DNA of 64,000 nt from an uncultured Eubacteriales bacterium (GCA_902477135.1 CABSFR010000002.1:9649-73648); one strand, 5' to 3'. Shown: positions 18,504 through 29,701, numbered from the stretch's first letter. The notes: a model not told the origin generated them from the sequence alone. Made by a program: numbers and translations.

Positions 18504-19039
18504 TCATCTGCCCAGCTTATCCTTAAACAGATCGTAGCCGATCATGCGGCTGCCGAGCTTCAGACGATGCCCCTCCTGCGTGCGCAGACGGATATAGTGC
18601 GTGTTGTCGTCCAGCTCCTCGACGATGCGCGCTTTTTTCACCTCGCTGATGTGAAATTCATAGCGCTTTCCCACCGTCGGGCAGACCAGCGCGTCGTCGC
18701 CGCGCACGATCACGCGGAAACGGTTGTACTGGAAGCAGGTCACGGCAAAGATCAGCGCGCAGAGCAGCGCAAGCCCGAAGGTGACAAGACGCAGCGTCGG
18801 GGTGGTCTTGATCAGATCCACAAGGACAAAGAGCACGACGCCGCCCAGCAGGAAGGCAAAGCCCGTGAGCAGGCGCGAAAAGGGCTGGCGGACGCTGAAG
18901 GAGTTGCTGTTGCCCTCCGTCTTTCGATCCGCGCGCGTCAGGCCAAGCGTCTTCGAGAGCACAAGGGCGGCGATCGCAAGGCAGGCGACGATGCCGATGA
19001 TAAGGTAGAAGAAGGTGCTGCCGGTCAGAAACTGCATGG
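18504..19039 (-). CDS. Hypothetical membrane protein (4 TM + ~80-aa cytoplasmic C-domain)
   Basis: ATG at 19039 with RBS AAAGGAGA at 8-nt spacing. The N-terminal 32 codons of the track ORF are excluded. Confidence 0.55.
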
Positions 19040-19065
19040 TTAGGGTCTCCTTTTCTCTATTTATT

Positions 19066-20097
19066 TTAGAAGCACTTGCGTGGGTGCTGTCTGTCGCAGG
19101 ATTCGACTTTTCCGCAGCGATAGCATAGCTCATTTTCGCAGACCCCTTCGGAAAAGAAGGAGAGAATGTTCTCTGCCGTGGTGGCGGCGATGTTCGAAAG
19201 CGCCTCGTGTGTTAAAAAAGCCTGATGAGAGGTGACAAGGACGTTCGGCATGGAGATCAGCCGCGCCAAGCGGTCGTCGCGCATGATATGGTCGGAGAAG
19301 TCTTCAAAGAAGAAGTCGGACTCCTCTTCGTAGACGTCCAGACAGGCCGCACCGATCTTGTGCGCCTTGATCCCGTCCAGCAGCGCCTCCGCGTCGATCA
19401 GCGCGCCGCGCGAGGTGTTGATGAGCACGACACCCGTCTTCATCGCGGCAATGGCGTCACATCCGATCATGTGGTGCGTCTCCTCCGTCAGCGGGCAGTG
19501 CAGCGAGATCACGTCGCTCTGCGCAAGCAGCTCCGGCAGGGAAACATAGGTGATGCCGCTGTCAGAAAGCGGGTATTTGTCGTAGGCAATGACCTTCATG
19601 CCAAAGCCGCGGCAGATGTCGATGAACACACGGCCGATCTTACCCGTGCCCACGACGCCGACGGTCTTTCCGTGCAGGTCAAAGCCGACCAGCCCGTCCA
19701 GCCGGAAATTAAAGTCGCGCGTGCGGATATAGGCCTTGTGCGTCCGCCGGTCGATGGTCAGGAGCATCGCCATGGCGTGCTCCGCGACGGCGTAGGGCGA
19801 GTAGGCCGGAACGCGGACGACGTGCAGCCTTCCAAAGCAGTGGCGCACATCGACGTTGTTAAAGCCTGCGCAGCGCAGCGCAAGCAGCCGAACGCCCTGT
19901 GCGCAGAGCCGGTCGATGACGGCGGCGTTTACCGTGTCGTTGACAAAGACGCACACGCCGTCAAAACCGCGCGCCAATTCCGCCGTGTCCTCGGTGAGCT
20001 TGGCTTCGAAGAATTTGAAGGTGATGCCGCGCGCCTTCCCGACGGCCTCAAAACAGGGAACATCATAACTTTTCGTATCAAAAAACGCGATCCTCAT
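19066..20097 (-). CDS. D-isomer-specific 2-hydroxyacid dehydrogenase (D-lactate dehydrogenase-like) with an unusual Cys-rich C-terminal tail (CENELCYRCGKVESCDRQHPRKCF)
   Basis: NAD-binding GxGxxG (VGVVGTGKIGRV) and the D-LDH fold. ATG overlaps the TGA of murC (ATGA). Confidence 0.8.
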   Translation of the reverse strand: MRIAFFDTKSYDVPCFEAVGKARGITFKFFEAKLTEDTAELARGFDGVCVFVNDTVNAAVIDRLCAQGVRLLALRCAGFNNVDVRHCFGRLHVVRVPAYSPYAVAEHAMAMLLTIDRRTHKAYIRTRDFNFRLDGLVGFDLHGKTVGVVGTGKIGRVFIDICRGFGMKVIAYDKYPLSDSGITYVSLPELLAQSDVISLHCPLTEETHHMIGCDAIAAMKTGVVLINTSRGALIDAEALLDGIKAHKIGAACLDVYEEESDFFFEDFSDHIMRDDRLARLISMPNVLVTSHQAFLTHEALSNIAATTAENILSFFSEGVCENELCYRCGKVESCDRQHPRKCF

Positions 20098-21476
20098 AGA
20101 AGCCTCCCGCTTATTTTTTTGAGCAGCAGGTCTCCGGCCTTATAAATGTCGCCCGCGCCTACCGTCAGAATAATATCGCCCGCTTGGGCAATGGACTTGA
20201 GATAGGCGGCGACCTCCGGCAAGGTCTCAAAGTAGACCGCCCCGGGGATATTTTGCGCAAGATCGCGCGAAGAAATACCGATTTTGTTGCTTTCGCGCGC
20301 GGCGTAGATCTCTGCCAGCACGGCGACGTCCACGCGGCACAGCTCGTTTACGAAATCCTGAAACAGCGCCTTGGTGCGCGTGTAGGTGTGCGGCTGGAAG
20401 GCGACGATCACGCGGCGGAAGCCCATCTGCTTGACCGTGTCGATCAGCGCGTGCAGCTCGCCGGGGTGGTGCGCATAGTCGTCATAGAGCTTTGCGCCGT
20501 TGACCTCGCCCTTGTATTCCATGCGGCGGCCGGCGCCCGTGAAGGAGGCAAGCCCCGCGCTGATGTGCTCGCCCTCGACGCCCATGACGTAGGCGGCGGC
20601 GGAGGCGGCAAGGGCGTTAAACACATTGTGCCGCCCGTAAACGCTCAGCCGGATATGGCAGATCTTCTTTCCGAAGCAGACAAGGTCAAAAGAGGTGAAG
20701 TCCTCCGAGAGGTTCTCCGGATGCACGTCGTTTTCTTTGCGCAGGCCGAAGGAGACATAGTGCAGGTCGGCGAGCGTCTGCACGGTGTTCTCGTCGTCGC
20801 CGTTTGCGATGACATAGCCCGTGCGCGGCACCAGACCGGCAAATTTGCGGAAGGAGCGCTCGACGGCTGCAAGATCCTTAAAATAGTCCAGATGATCCGC
20901 CTCAATGTTGTTGATCACGGCGACGGTGGGGTAGAAGTTCAGGAAAGAGTCGCAGTATTCGCAGCTTTCCATGATGATGGTGTCGCCGTTTCCAACCCGA
21001 TGACCGGCGTGCAGCAGCGGGAGATAGCCGCCGAGCATGACCGTGGGGTCGCGCTGCGCCTCCATGAAAATGTGCGTCACCATGGAGGTCGTGGTCGTTT
21101 TGCCGTGCGTGCCGGCGATGCAGATGGCGTTCTTGTATTCGCGCATCAGGACGCCCCATGCCTGCGCGCGCTCGAAAACGGGAATGCCCATGGCGCGCGC
21201 GGCGGCGATCTCGGGATTGTCGTTATGCGCGGCGGCGGTGCGGATGATGCAATCTGCGCCCTCGATGTTTTCGGCACTGTGGCCGATATGAACGGTAATG
21301 CCCTTGGCGATCAGCTCGTCGGTGGAAACGGAGGAGTTCATATCCGATCCCGTGACGATCATTCCCATTCCGCGCAGCACCAGACCCAGCGGGCGCATGG
21401 AAACGCCGCCGATACCGACCAGATGCACGTGCTTTCCGGCAACAAGATAGCTGTCCAGACGTTTACGAATTGACAT
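20094..21476 (-). CDS. murC: UDP-N-acetylmuramate--L-alanine ligase
   Basis: N-terminal HLVGIGGVSM and Mur ligase central/C-terminal domains. Own promoter TTGTAA-17-TATAAT on the minus strand at ~21520-21552. Confidence 0.9.
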   Translation of the reverse strand: MSIRKRLDSYLVAGKHVHLVGIGGVSMRPLGLVLRGMGMIVTGSDMNSSVSTDELIAKGITVHIGHSAENIEGADCIIRTAAAHNDNPEIAAARAMGIPVFERAQAWGVLMREYKNAICIAGTHGKTTTTSMVTHIFMEAQRDPTVMLGGYLPLLHAGHRVGNGDTIIMESCEYCDSFLNFYPTVAVINNIEADHLDYFKDLAAVERSFRKFAGLVPRTGYVIANGDDENTVQTLADLHYVSFGLRKENDVHPENLSEDFTSFDLVCFGKKICHIRLSVYGRHNVFNALAASAAAYVMGVEGEHISAGLASFTGAGRRMEYKGEVNGAKLYDDYAHHPGELHALIDTVKQMGFRRVIVAFQPHTYTRTKALFQDFVNELCRVDVAVLAEIYAARESNKIGISSRDLAQNIPGAVYFETLPEVAAYLKSIAQAGDIILTVGAGDIYKAGDLLLKKISGRLL

Positions 21477-21552
21477 GGCTTCAAACCTCCGAATGCGGCG
21501 GATGAGCGCCGCTTCATTTCTGATACATTATTATAGTATAGTCGCGGCGGGT

Positions 21553-22146
21553 TTACAAGAGGGAAAACGTCTTCCGGCCGCCGTCCGGATGCGGAAAGGC
21601 GAGAAAAACGGAGACGAGCGCAAGCGTGCCGCCCGTTTGCGAGCCGTACTTTCGGTCGCCGAGGAGCGGAAAGCCGCGCGAGGCAAACTGCACACGGATC
21701 TGGTGCGTGCGGCCGGTAAACAGATGCACGCGAACAAGCGCGTCCTCGCCCGCCTGCAAGACGCGGTAGGAGAGCCGCGCGGGCTTTACGCCCCGTCGGC
21801 TGCGGAAGACGACGTAGGTCTTGTTTTTCTGCCGGTCGTGGTACAGCAGGTCTTCCATTTCGCCCTCCGGAGGCTGCGGCGTGCCGTGGCAGCGCAGAAG
21901 GTACTCCTTTTCAAAGCCGTTTCCCATCGCGGCGCAGAGAAAAGCGGCCGCCTGCGCGTCCTTGGCAAATACCATCAGCCCCGCCGCCTCCCGATCCAGA
22001 CGGTGCACGGGAAACAGCGCGCGCGGCGCGAGAAGGTCGGTCACGGCGGGCTTGCCGGAGGCGTCCTTTGCCGAGAGCACGCCGTGCGGCTTTACGCACA
22101 CGACGAGCCGCGCATCTTCATAAACAACGGAAAAATCGGTATTCAA
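21553..22146 (-). CDS. RluA-family pseudouridine synthase
   Basis: HRLDREAAGLMVFAK catalytic motif. Probable TTG start 9 nt after GGGAGG (the track ORF extends 36 codons further upstream). Confidence 0.7.
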   Translation of the reverse strand: MNTDFSVVYEDARLVVCVKPHGVLSAKDASGKPAVTDLLAPRALFPVHRLDREAAGLMVFAKDAQAAAFLCAAMGNGFEKEYLLRCHGTPQPPEGEMEDLLYHDRQKNKTYVVFRSRRGVKPARLSYRVLQAGEDALVRVHLFTGRTHQIRVQFASRGFPLLGDRKYGSQTGGTLALVSVFLAFPHPDGGRKTFSLL

Positions 22147-22207
22147 GCGCGCATCCCTCCCATTTTCTATATCATACGGGAAACGAAAAGAAAATGCAAG
22201 CGAGGAC

Positions 22208-22259
22208 TTGCGAAAATCAGAGTAAAGTGGTATAGTTTGGTTGAAAAAAATCAAACTAT
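22208..22259 (+). promoter_or_regulatory. copA promoter (TTGCGA-17-TATAGT) overlapped by an 8-bp perfect inverted repeat ATAGTTTG-N12-CAAACTAT spanning -10 to about +17
   Basis: Read from the sequence. Candidate operator for a metal-responsive repressor, or a 5'-terminal mRNA stem-loop. Confidence 0.45.
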
Positions 22260-22277
22260 GCGAAGAGGTGAACCACG

Positions 22278-24656
22278 ATGAAGGAAAAGTATCGCGTAAC
22301 AGGTATGTCCTGCGCAGCGTGCAGCGCGCGGGTGCAGCGCGTGACGCAGGCGCTCGACGGCGTGAACAGCTCCAATGTGAACCTGCTTGCCGGTACGATG
22401 GAGATCGACTACGACGAGACGCGCCTTACGCCGGAGAAGATCGTTCAGGCGGTCAAGGACGCCGGCTACGGCGCGGAGAAGATCACCGACGCCATGCCCC
22501 GAAAGAACGCGTCGCAGGAGGAAGCCATGCGGAAGATGCGCCTGCGTCTGCGCGTGTCCATCCCGTTTTTGATCGTTCTGATGTATTTCTCCATGGGGCA
22601 TATGCTGCACCTTCCGCTCACCCACGCCCTGCACGGCACGGTGTGGATGGGGCTTTTGCAGCTTGCGCTGACCCTGCCGGTCGTCATCGTCAACCGAACC
22701 TATTATGCAAAGGGGCTTAAGACCCTTCTGCACGGCGCGCCCAATATGGACACGCTGATCGCCATCGGCTCGGGCGCGGCGCTGCTCTACGGGATCGCCG
22801 TTACGGTGCAGATGGCACTTGGCCACCACGGCGGCGAGCTTTACTACGAGTCGGCCTCGATGATCCTGACGCTTGTGACGCTGGGCAAGTATTTTGAGAC
22901 GAAGTCCAAGGGCAAGACGGGCGAGGCGATCGCGTCGCTTATGGATCTTTCTCCGCAGACGGCGACCGTCGAGCGCGACGGCGCTTGGGTGCAGGTGCCG
23001 ACGGCACAGGTGCGGCAGGGAGAGCGCGTTCAGGTGCGCCCCGGCAGCCGGATCCCCGTGGACGGCACCGTGCTCAGCGGCGAGAGCGACGTGGACGAAA
23101 GCGCTCTGACCGGCGAGAGCATACCGGCACACAAAACGGTGGGAAGCACCGTCGCCTCGGCGACCATGAACCAGACCGGTGCGCTGATCTTTCGGGCGGA
23201 CAAGGTCGGCGAGGACACCACCCTTGCGCAGATGATCCGTCTGGTCGAGGAGGCGGGCAGCTCCAAAGCGCCGATCTCGCGGCTGGCCGACCGCGTCGCG
23301 GGCGTGTTCGTTCCCGTTGTGATCGGCATCGCGGCGCTGACGCTGCTGGTCTGGCTGCTGCTGGGCAAGGGTGTCGCCTTTGCGCTTTCCGCCGCGATCT
23401 CCGTGCTCGTGATCTCCTGCCCCTGCGCGCTCGGACTTGCGACGCCGGTGGCCATTATGGTCAGCACCGGCCGCGGCGCAAAGCTCGGCATCCTGATCCG
23501 TTCGGCGGAGGCGCTGGAGACGCTTCACCATGTCGATACCGTTGTGATGGACAAGACCGGCACGCTGACGGAGGGCAAGCTCTTTGTAACGCAGCTGCTC
23601 GGCGAGGATCCGGAGCGCCTTTTGCGGATCGCGGGCGCGCTGGAGAGCGCTTCGGAGCATCCGATCGCCCGCGCCGTTCTGGCCGAGGCGGAGAAGCGCG
23701 GCGCGGCGCTGCCTGCGGCGGAGTCCTTCGAGGCGACGCCGGGCAAGGGCGTGTGTGCCGTCATTGAAGGCAAGCGCTGGTTCTGCGGCAACCGCGGCTA
23801 TTTGGAGCAGCAGGGGATCACCATCCCGCAGCGGGAGCTTCCGGTCGGAACGCTGCTCTTCTGCGGCAGCGCCGACACCTATCTTGGCGTGCTCGTTTTG
23901 GCGGACGTGGAGAAGAAGACCGCACGCAGCGCCGTCCGGCAGCTCCACGCGCAGCACATCCATGTCCGTATGCTCACCGGCGACAACCGCGCAACGGCGC
24001 AGAGCGTCGCGCAGCGCCTCGGACTGGACGACGTGCGCGCCGAGGTGCTCCCTGCGCAGAAGGAGCAGGAGGTCGCGCAGCTACAACAGCAGGGACACCG
24101 CGTCGCCATGGTCGGCGACGGGATCAATGACGCGCCCGCGCTGGTGCGTGCGGACGTTGGCATCGCCATCGGCGCAGGTACCGACATTGCCATCGAGTCG
24201 GCGGACGTTGTGCTGATGCGCAGCGACCCGCGCGATGTGGCGACCGCCGTAAAGCTCAGCCGTGCTACCATTAAAAACATCCGCATGAATTTGTTCTGGG
24301 CATTTTTCTACAATTCGCTCGGGATCCCCGTAGCCGCGCTGGGTCTGCTCAATCCGATGATCGGCGCCGCGGCGATGAGCTTCAGCTCCGTTTGCGTCGT
24401 CAGCAACGCCCTGCGCCTGCGCCGGTTCCGGCCGCAGGAAGAAACCGAGAAAGGAGGCAACGAGATGACCATTCAGATCGAAGGCATGATGTGCGAGCAC
24501 TGCCGCAGCCATGTGGAAAAGGCGCTGCGCGCCGTGGCGGGCGTCGAGAGCGTCGAAGTCAGTCTGGAAAAGAAGTGCGCGAAGGTGACGGGAAACGCGG
24601 ATCCGGAAGCACTGGAACAGGCGATTGTTGATGCCGGTTATAGCATTGTCAAATAA
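22278..24656 (+). CDS. copA: Cu(I)-translocating P1B-type ATPase with N- and C-terminal heavy-metal-associated domains
   Basis: [11 protein letters not shown] and [14 protein letters not shown] motifs, CPC in TM6 ([12 protein letters not shown]), [15 protein letters not shown]. Confidence 0.92.
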   Translation: MKEKYRVTGMSCAACSARVQRVTQALDGVNSSNVNLLAGTMEIDYDETRLTPEKIVQAVKDAGYGAEKITDAMPRKNASQEEAMRKMRLRLRVSIPFLIVLMYFSMGHMLHLPLTHALHGTVWMGLLQLALTLPVVIVNRTYYAKGLKTLLHGAPNMDTLIAIGSGAALLYGIAVTVQMALGHHGGELYYESASMILTLVTLGKYFETKSKGKTGEAIASLMDLSPQTATVERDGAWVQVPTAQVRQGERVQVRPGSRIPVDGTVLSGESDVDESALTGESIPAHKTVGSTVASATMNQTGALIFRADKVGEDTTLAQMIRLVEEAGSSKAPISRLADRVAGVFVPVVIGIAALTLLVWLLLGKGVAFALSAAISVLVISCPCALGLATPVAIMVSTGRGAKLGILIRSAEALETLHHVDTVVMDKTGTLTEGKLFVTQLLGEDPERLLRIAGALESASEHPIARAVLAEAEKRGAALPAAESFEATPGKGVCAVIEGKRWFCGNRGYLEQQGITIPQRELPVGTLLFCGSADTYLGVLVLADVEKKTARSAVRQLHAQHIHVRMLTGDNRATAQSVAQRLGLDDVRAEVLPAQKEQEVAQLQQQGHRVAMVGDGINDAPALVRADVGIAIGAGTDIAIESADVVLMRSDPRDVATAVKLSRATIKNIRMNLFWAFFYNSLGIPVAALGLLNPMIGAAAMSFSSVCVVSNALRLRRFRPQEETEKGGNEMTIQIEGMMCEHCRSHVEKALRAVAGVESVEVSLEKKCAKVTGNADPEALEQAIVDAGYSIVK

Positions 24657-24672
24657 AAAAGTTTTATTTTCC

Positions 24673-24703
24673 CCCTGACATTTTTCTCCGAAATCTGCTA
24701 TAA
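24673..24703 (+). promoter_or_regulatory. Promoter for the carD-like gene (TGACAT-18-TGcTATAAT)
   Basis: Hexamers read from the sequence. Confidence 0.45.
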
Positions 24704-24732
24704 TGGAAGCAGAACGAAGGGGGGTAAGCGGT

Positions 24733-25233
24733 ATGGCTTCCATAGGTCAGACTGTCGTGTACGGCACAGAGGGCGTTTGCATCGTGTCGGAGATCCGCGA
24801 GATGAAGATCGGACGCGAAACGGCGCAGTACTATGTACTCCGGCCAATCTACCGCGAGAATGCGACCGTGTTTGTTCCGCTGAACAACGCGGTGCTGTGT
24901 GCGAAGATGCGTCCCGCACTGACGGCGGCCGAGGTCGAGACCATGCTGTCGGGACTTGCGCAGGAGAACACGCCGTGGATCGACGATCCCACGCAGCGTA
25001 AAGATTCCTTCCAGAAGATCCTCCTGAGCGACGACCGCCGCAGCCAGCTGCATATGGTGCGGCTGCTCTACCGGCACCGCCGCAAGCTGCAAGAGCTGGG
25101 CAAGCGCCTGCGCATGAGCGACGAACAGCTTCTGCGCGACGCCGAAAAGCTCATCAACGACGAGCTTTCCTATGCGCTGGGCATCGAGCGCGGCGAAGTG
25201 CCCGCCTACATTCGCGGCAGATTGCAGGAATGA
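24733..25233 (+). CDS. CarD/CdnL-family RNA-polymerase-binding transcription regulator
   Basis: N-terminal Tudor-like RNAP-interacting domain (GQTVVYGTEGVCIVSEIREMKIG...YYVLRP). ATG at 24733 after AAGGGGGG. Confidence 0.75.
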   Translation: MASIGQTVVYGTEGVCIVSEIREMKIGRETAQYYVLRPIYRENATVFVPLNNAVLCAKMRPALTAAEVETMLSGLAQENTPWIDDPTQRKDSFQKILLSDDRRSQLHMVRLLYRHRRKLQELGKRLRMSDEQLLRDAEKLINDELSYALGIERGEVPAYIRGRLQE

Positions 25234-25288
25234 GGCTTGCTTTTTCGCATCGCCCGCGCTATGATACGAAAAAAGGAGGAATGTACCT

Positions 25289-25660
25289 ATGGAAACGATC
25301 TATACCGACAAGGCGCCTGCCGCCATCGGTCCTTACAGTCAGGCAATGCGCGTGGGCAGCTTGGTCTATACTTCCGGCCAGATCCCCATCGACCCCGCAA
25401 CGGGCGAGGTCGCTGCGCAGGACATCACGGGGCAGACCGAGCAGGTCATGAAGAATTTGGACGCCGTCCTGACGCAGGCGGGCAGCGGTTTTGACAAAGC
25501 GGTCAAGACCCTTTGCTTCCTCAAGGACATGGGCGACTTTGCCGCCTTCAATGCCGTCTACGCGAAGTACTTTACCGGAAAGCCCGCAAGAAGCTGTGTC
25601 GCGGTCTCCGCGCTGCCGAAAAACGTGCTGGTCGAGGTAGAAGTCATCGCCGAGGTGTAA
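25289..25660 (+). CDS. ridA: RidA/YjgF family reactive-intermediate (enamine/imine) deaminase
   Basis: 123 aa, PYSQAMRVGSLVYTSGQIP...CVAVSALPKNVLVEVEVIA. Confidence 0.85.
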   Translation: METIYTDKAPAAIGPYSQAMRVGSLVYTSGQIPIDPATGEVAAQDITGQTEQVMKNLDAVLTQAGSGFDKAVKTLCFLKDMGDFAAFNAVYAKYFTGKPARSCVAVSALPKNVLVEVEVIAEV

Positions 25661-25678
25661 TGAAAGAAGAAGACAAAC

Positions 25679-25715
25679 CGCAGGACGGAAGGTGTTCCGT
25701 CCTGCGTTCTCTTTG
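25679..25715 (+). terminator. Hairpin GCAGGACGGAAggtgTTCCGTCCTGC after ridA. Weak U-tail
   Basis: Perfect 11-bp stem. Confidence 0.45.
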
Positions 25716-25764
25716 CTTTGCCTGAAAAATCACAGAAAAACCGATAAAAAAGGCAAAATAGTGC

Positions 25765-25793
25765 TTGACATTCACGGGCCAGTGTATTACTAT
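25765..25793 (+). promoter_or_regulatory. Strong sigma-A promoter of the S10 operon (TTGACA-17-TACTAT), followed by a ~300-nt structured leader
   Basis: Consensus -35 and near-consensus -10 at optimal spacing. Confidence 0.6.
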
Positions 25794-26091
25794 ATAGGGG
25801 CGCGCGCAGGGAGACATTCCACGCTCCCGCGTGTGTCAAATGCGATGAAGCAGGAGATTGCGCCGGTTCCGGCGGTAACTTCTGCGGAGTATGTCCGGTC
25901 ATCGGGCGGCTGAGGTAATTTCGTGTATGTGGCGTATATCGCCGCAGGTGAAACTGCGCGGCCGGCAAACGTCGGTCGTTTTTCATGGATGCGGAGTGAT
26001 ACGCACGGTTAAGCGTGCACCAAATCGTACCTCGACCGTACCCAGCAAGACAAGAAACTGAGTACGCTAATTTCAAGGAGGAAACACAAAA

Positions 26092-26400
26092 ATGGCAAAC
26101 ACCATGATCAGAATTCGCCTCAAGGCTTATGATCATCAGCTCATCGACTCTGCTTCCGAGAAGATCGTTGAGTCCGCAAAGCGCAACGGCGCCGCTGTCT
26201 CCGGCCCCATCCCCCTGCCCACCCGCAAGGAGATCGTGACCATCCTGCGTTCCCCGCACGTCAACAAGGACAGCCGCGAGCAGTTCGAGCGCAGAACCCA
26301 CAAGCGTCTGATCGATATTCTCAACCCCAACGCGAAGTGCATCGAAGCTCTGCAGGGCCTCGACCTTCCCGCCGGTGTTGAGATTGAGATAAAGCTGTAA
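26092..26400 (+). CDS. rpsJ: 30S ribosomal protein S10
   Basis: Conserved sequence; first gene of the S10 operon. Confidence 0.97.
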   Translation: MANTMIRIRLKAYDHQLIDSASEKIVESAKRNGAAVSGPIPLPTRKEIVTILRSPHVNKDSREQFERRTHKRLIDILNPNAKCIEALQGLDLPAGVEIEIKL

Positions 26401-26529
26401 CCGATCCGTTTGAGATTACAGCGATCCCCGACCGCCGGCCGAGGCGGTCTCGGGTCATGTTGGCAGACCAATGACTCCCCAATGGTCAAGTCTTCCAACC
26501 AATAACCTAACATGAAGGAGTAACAACAA

Positions 26530-27249
26530 ATGCAGAAAGCAATCATCGGTAAAAAGGTCGGAATGACCCAGATCTTCGATGAGAGCGGCCATGTGATCCC
26601 CGTCACCGTTATCGAGGCGGGTCCCTGCGTCGTAGCTCAGAAGAAGACAATGGAAAACGATGGCTATGTTTCCGTTCAGCTCGCTTACGGCGATGTCGCC
26701 GAGAAGAAGCTGACCAAGCCGGAGCTGGGTCATCTGAAGAAGGCGGGCGTCTCCGCCAAGAAGCACCTGAAGGAATTTAAGCTGAACAACGCTGCCGAGC
26801 TTGAAGTCGGCGCGGAGATCAAGGCCGACACCTTTGCCGCCGGCGATCACGTCGACGTGACCGGCACCTCCAAGGGCCATGGCTATCAGGGTGTCATCAA
26901 GAGATGGAACGCGCAGCGCACTCCCACCAGCCACGGCGGCGGCCCCGTCCATCGCCATGCAGGCTCCATGGGCTCCTCCTCCGATCCCTCCCGCATCTTC
27001 AAGGGCAAGATCGGCGCAGGCCACATGGGCGTTGAGCGCGTGACCGTGCAGAACCTCGACGTTGTGAAGGTCGATGCAGACCTGAACATGATCGTCATCC
27101 GCGGCGCGATCCCCGGTCCCAAGGGCGGTCTCGTCTATATCAAGAGCACCGTTAAGAACATCAAGGTTCGCACCGGCGCTACCGCGATCAGCAAGAACCC
27201 GCAGAAGGCCTCCGGTCGTAACCCGCAGAAGGCATCTGCAAGAGGCTAA
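26530..27249 (+). CDS. rplC: 50S ribosomal protein L3 (with a C-terminal NPQKAS tandem-repeat extension)
   Basis: GMTQIFDE...; operon order. Confidence 0.97.
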   Translation: MQKAIIGKKVGMTQIFDESGHVIPVTVIEAGPCVVAQKKTMENDGYVSVQLAYGDVAEKKLTKPELGHLKKAGVSAKKHLKEFKLNNAAELEVGAEIKADTFAAGDHVDVTGTSKGHGYQGVIKRWNAQRTPTSHGGGPVHRHAGSMGSSSDPSRIFKGKIGAGHMGVERVTVQNLDVVKVDADLNMIVIRGAIPGPKGGLVYIKSTVKNIKVRTGATAISKNPQKASGRNPQKASARG

Positions 27250-27267
27250 GGAAAGGAGAGTTGACTG

Positions 27268-27888
27268 ATGAAGACAAACGTTTACGATATGAACGGCAAG
27301 CAGGTCGGCGAGGTTGAACTTTCCGAGGCCATCTTCGGCATCGTGCCGAACGAGTCCGTTGTGCATGACGTGGTGAAGAACCATTTGGCAAACTGCCGTC
27401 AGGGCACGCAGTCCGCACTGACCCGCGCGGAGGTTTCCGGCGGCGGCAAGAAGCCGTGGCGTCAGAAGGGCACCGGACATGCTCGTCAGGGCAGCACCCG
27501 CGCTCCGCAGTGGACGCACGGCGGCGTCGTTTTCGCGCCGAAGCCCCGCAGCTACGGCTACACGCTCAATAAGAAGGTTCGCCGTCTTGCTCTGAAGTCC
27601 GTTCTGAGCGCAAAGGCTCAGGCCGAGAACATCGTCGTCATCGACGAGATCAAGATGGACGAGATCAAAACCAAGAAGTTCGCCGGCTTCCTCGCAGCGG
27701 TCAACGCCGACTGCAAGGCTCTGGTCGTCACCGCCGAGGTCAACGAGAATGTCGTCCTGTCGGCGCGCAACCTCCCCGGCGTCGAGACCACTTTTGCAAA
27801 CCTTGTCAACGTTTACGACGTGCTCAACGCAAAGAAGCTCGTTCTGGACAAGGCTGCGCTTGCCAAGATTGAGGAGGTATTCGCATGA
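27268..27888 (+). CDS. rplD: 50S ribosomal protein L4
   Basis: Conserved sequence and operon order. Confidence 0.97.
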   Translation: MKTNVYDMNGKQVGEVELSEAIFGIVPNESVVHDVVKNHLANCRQGTQSALTRAEVSGGGKKPWRQKGTGHARQGSTRAPQWTHGGVVFAPKPRSYGYTLNKKVRRLALKSVLSAKAQAENIVVIDEIKMDEIKTKKFAGFLAAVNADCKALVVTAEVNENVVLSARNLPGVETTFANLVNVYDVLNAKKLVLDKAALAKIEEVFA

Positions 27889-28181
27889 AGACTGCTTACG
27901 ACATCATCATCCGTCCGGTCATCACCGAGCAGTCCATGGAAGCAACCGAGCTGAAAAAGTACGTTTTCATGGTCGCCCCCGACGCGAACAAGACCGAGAT
28001 CAAGAAGGCGATCAGCGAGATCTTCGGCGTGAAGGTCGAGAAGGTCACCACCATCTGCATGGATGGCAAGAAGAAGCGCCAGGGTCGTTATCCCGAGGGC
28101 CGCACCGCTTCCTACAAGAAGGCTGTCGTGAAGCTGACTGCCGATTCCAAGACCATCGAATTCTTCGAGGGCATGGTCTGA
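27885..28181 (+). CDS. rplW: 50S ribosomal protein L23
   Basis: Conserved sequence and operon order. Confidence 0.97.
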   Translation: MKTAYDIIIRPVITEQSMEATELKKYVFMVAPDANKTEIKKAISEIFGVKVEKVTTICMDGKKKRQGRYPEGRTASYKKAVVKLTADSKTIEFFEGMV

Positions 28182-28213
28182 TCCATCTCAACAACAAAGG
28201 AGTGTAACGCAAA

Positions 28214-29050
28214 ATGGCGATTAAAACTTACAAGCCTTATACCCCCGCTCGCCGCGGCATGACCGTGTCCGCGTTTGAGGGAGTTGACAAGAAGGCAAAG
28301 CCGGAGCGTAGCCTGGTTGAGACCCTGAAGAAGCATTCCGGTCGCAACAGCTACGGCAGAATCACCGTCCGTCATCGCGGCGGCGGCAACAAGAGAAAGT
28401 ACCGCGTGATCGACTTCAGACGCAACAAGCTGGAAATGCCGGCGAGCGTCGAGCGCATCGAGTACGATCCCAACCGCAGCGCTTTCATCGCGCTGGTCAA
28501 GTATGAAGACGGCGAGTTGCGCTATATCCTGGCTCCTGTCGGCCTGAAAGTCGGCGATACCGTCGTCGCTTCCGCTGCTGCCGACATCAAGCCCGGCAAC
28601 TGCCTGCCCATTGCCAACATCCCCGTTGGTACCGTCATCCACAACATCGAGCTTCAGCCCGGTTCCGGCGCGCAGCTCGTCCGCTCTGCCGGCGTCGCAG
28701 CCCAGCTGCTGGCGAAGGAAGAGAAGTATGCGCAGGTGCGTCTGCCCTCCGGCGAGGTGCGCTATGTCCGCCTCAACTGCACCGCGTGCATCGGTCAGGT
28801 CGGCAACATCGACCATGGCAACATCCACATCGGTAAGGCCGGCCGTACCCGTCACATGGGTATCCGCCCGACCGTCCGCGGCTCCGTCATGAACCCGAAT
28901 GACCACCCGCACGGCGGCGGCGAAGGCCGCGCTCCTGTCGGTCGTCCCGGCCCTGTCACCCCGTGGGGCAAGCCGGCGATGGGCTACAAGACTCGCAAGA
29001 CGAAGAACCGTACCGATAAGTTCATCATCAAGCGCAGAAACAGTAAGTAA
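28214..29050 (+). CDS. rplB: 50S ribosomal protein L2
   Basis: [12 protein letters not shown] motif. Confidence 0.97.
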   Translation: MAIKTYKPYTPARRGMTVSAFEGVDKKAKPERSLVETLKKHSGRNSYGRITVRHRGGGNKRKYRVIDFRRNKLEMPASVERIEYDPNRSAFIALVKYEDGELRYILAPVGLKVGDTVVASAAADIKPGNCLPIANIPVGTVIHNIELQPGSGAQLVRSAGVAAQLLAKEEKYAQVRLPSGEVRYVRLNCTACIGQVGNIDHGNIHIGKAGRTRHMGIRPTVRGSVMNPNDHPHGGGEGRAPVGRPGPVTPWGKPAMGYKTRKTKNRTDKFIIKRRNSK

Positions 29051-29064
29051 GGAGGAAATGAATA

Positions 29065-29343
29065 ATGAGCAGAAGCATTAAGAAAGGCCCGTTTGTTGCT
29101 CCTGAGCTGTATAAGCGCGTTGAAGAGCTGAACAAAGCCGGTGAAAAGAAAGTGCTGAAGACCTGGTCCAGATCTTCCACCATTTTCCCCTCCTTCGTCG
29201 GTCACACGATCGCTGTCCACGACGGTCGTAAGCACGTTCCCGTCTATGTGACAGAAGATATGGTTGGTCATAAGCTGGGCGAATTCGTCCCCACTCGGAC
29301 GTTCCGCGGTCATTCCGGCTCCAAGACCTCCAATGCGAAGTAA
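29065..29343 (+). CDS. rpsS: 30S ribosomal protein S19
   Basis: Conserved sequence and operon order. Confidence 0.97.
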   Translation: MSRSIKKGPFVAPELYKRVEELNKAGEKKVLKTWSRSSTIFPSFVGHTIAVHDGRKHVPVYVTEDMVGHKLGEFVPTRTFRGHSGSKTSNAK

Positions 29344-29355
29344 GGAGGAGTTAAC

Positions 29356-29691
29356 ATGGAAGCAAAAGCTAATCTGAAATACCTGCGTATTTCTCCGCGC
29401 AAGGTGAAGATCCTCTGCGATCTCATCCGCGGCAAGGATGCAAAGACTGCTTGCGCCTATATCATGCAGACCCCGAAGGCAGCTTCCGAGCCTATGCTCA
29501 AGCTCCTTAAGAGTGCGATGGCAAACGCCGAGAACAATCACGGTATGAACAAGGACAACCTCTATGTCTCCACCGCGATTGCAAACCCCGGCCCCACCCT
29601 CAAGCGCGGTATGCCGAGAGCAAAGGGCAGATATAACCGCATTCTCAAGAGAACGACTCATCTCACCATCGGCGTGAGTGAGAAGGCGTAA
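29356..29691 (+). CDS. rplV: 50S ribosomal protein L22
   Basis: Conserved sequence and operon order. Confidence 0.97.
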   Translation: MEAKANLKYLRISPRKVKILCDLIRGKDAKTACAYIMQTPKAASEPMLKLLKSAMANAENNHGMNKDNLYVSTAIANPGPTLKRGMPRAKGRYNRILKRTTHLTIGVSEKA

Positions 29692-29701
29692 GGAGGTTAC
29701 T

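Noticed and set aside
22251-23963. 570-aa minus-strand ORF antisense to copA; also 42428..43723 (+), 44899..46284 (+) and 61197..63542 (-) antisense to the flippase, dagK/DUF296 and the kinase-fusion gene
   Set aside because: All lie opposite well-supported genes and have low-complexity translations
25692-25913. 73-aa ORF inside the S10 operon leader
   Set aside because: Spans the consensus promoter; no RBS; the region is better explained as promoter plus a structured leader
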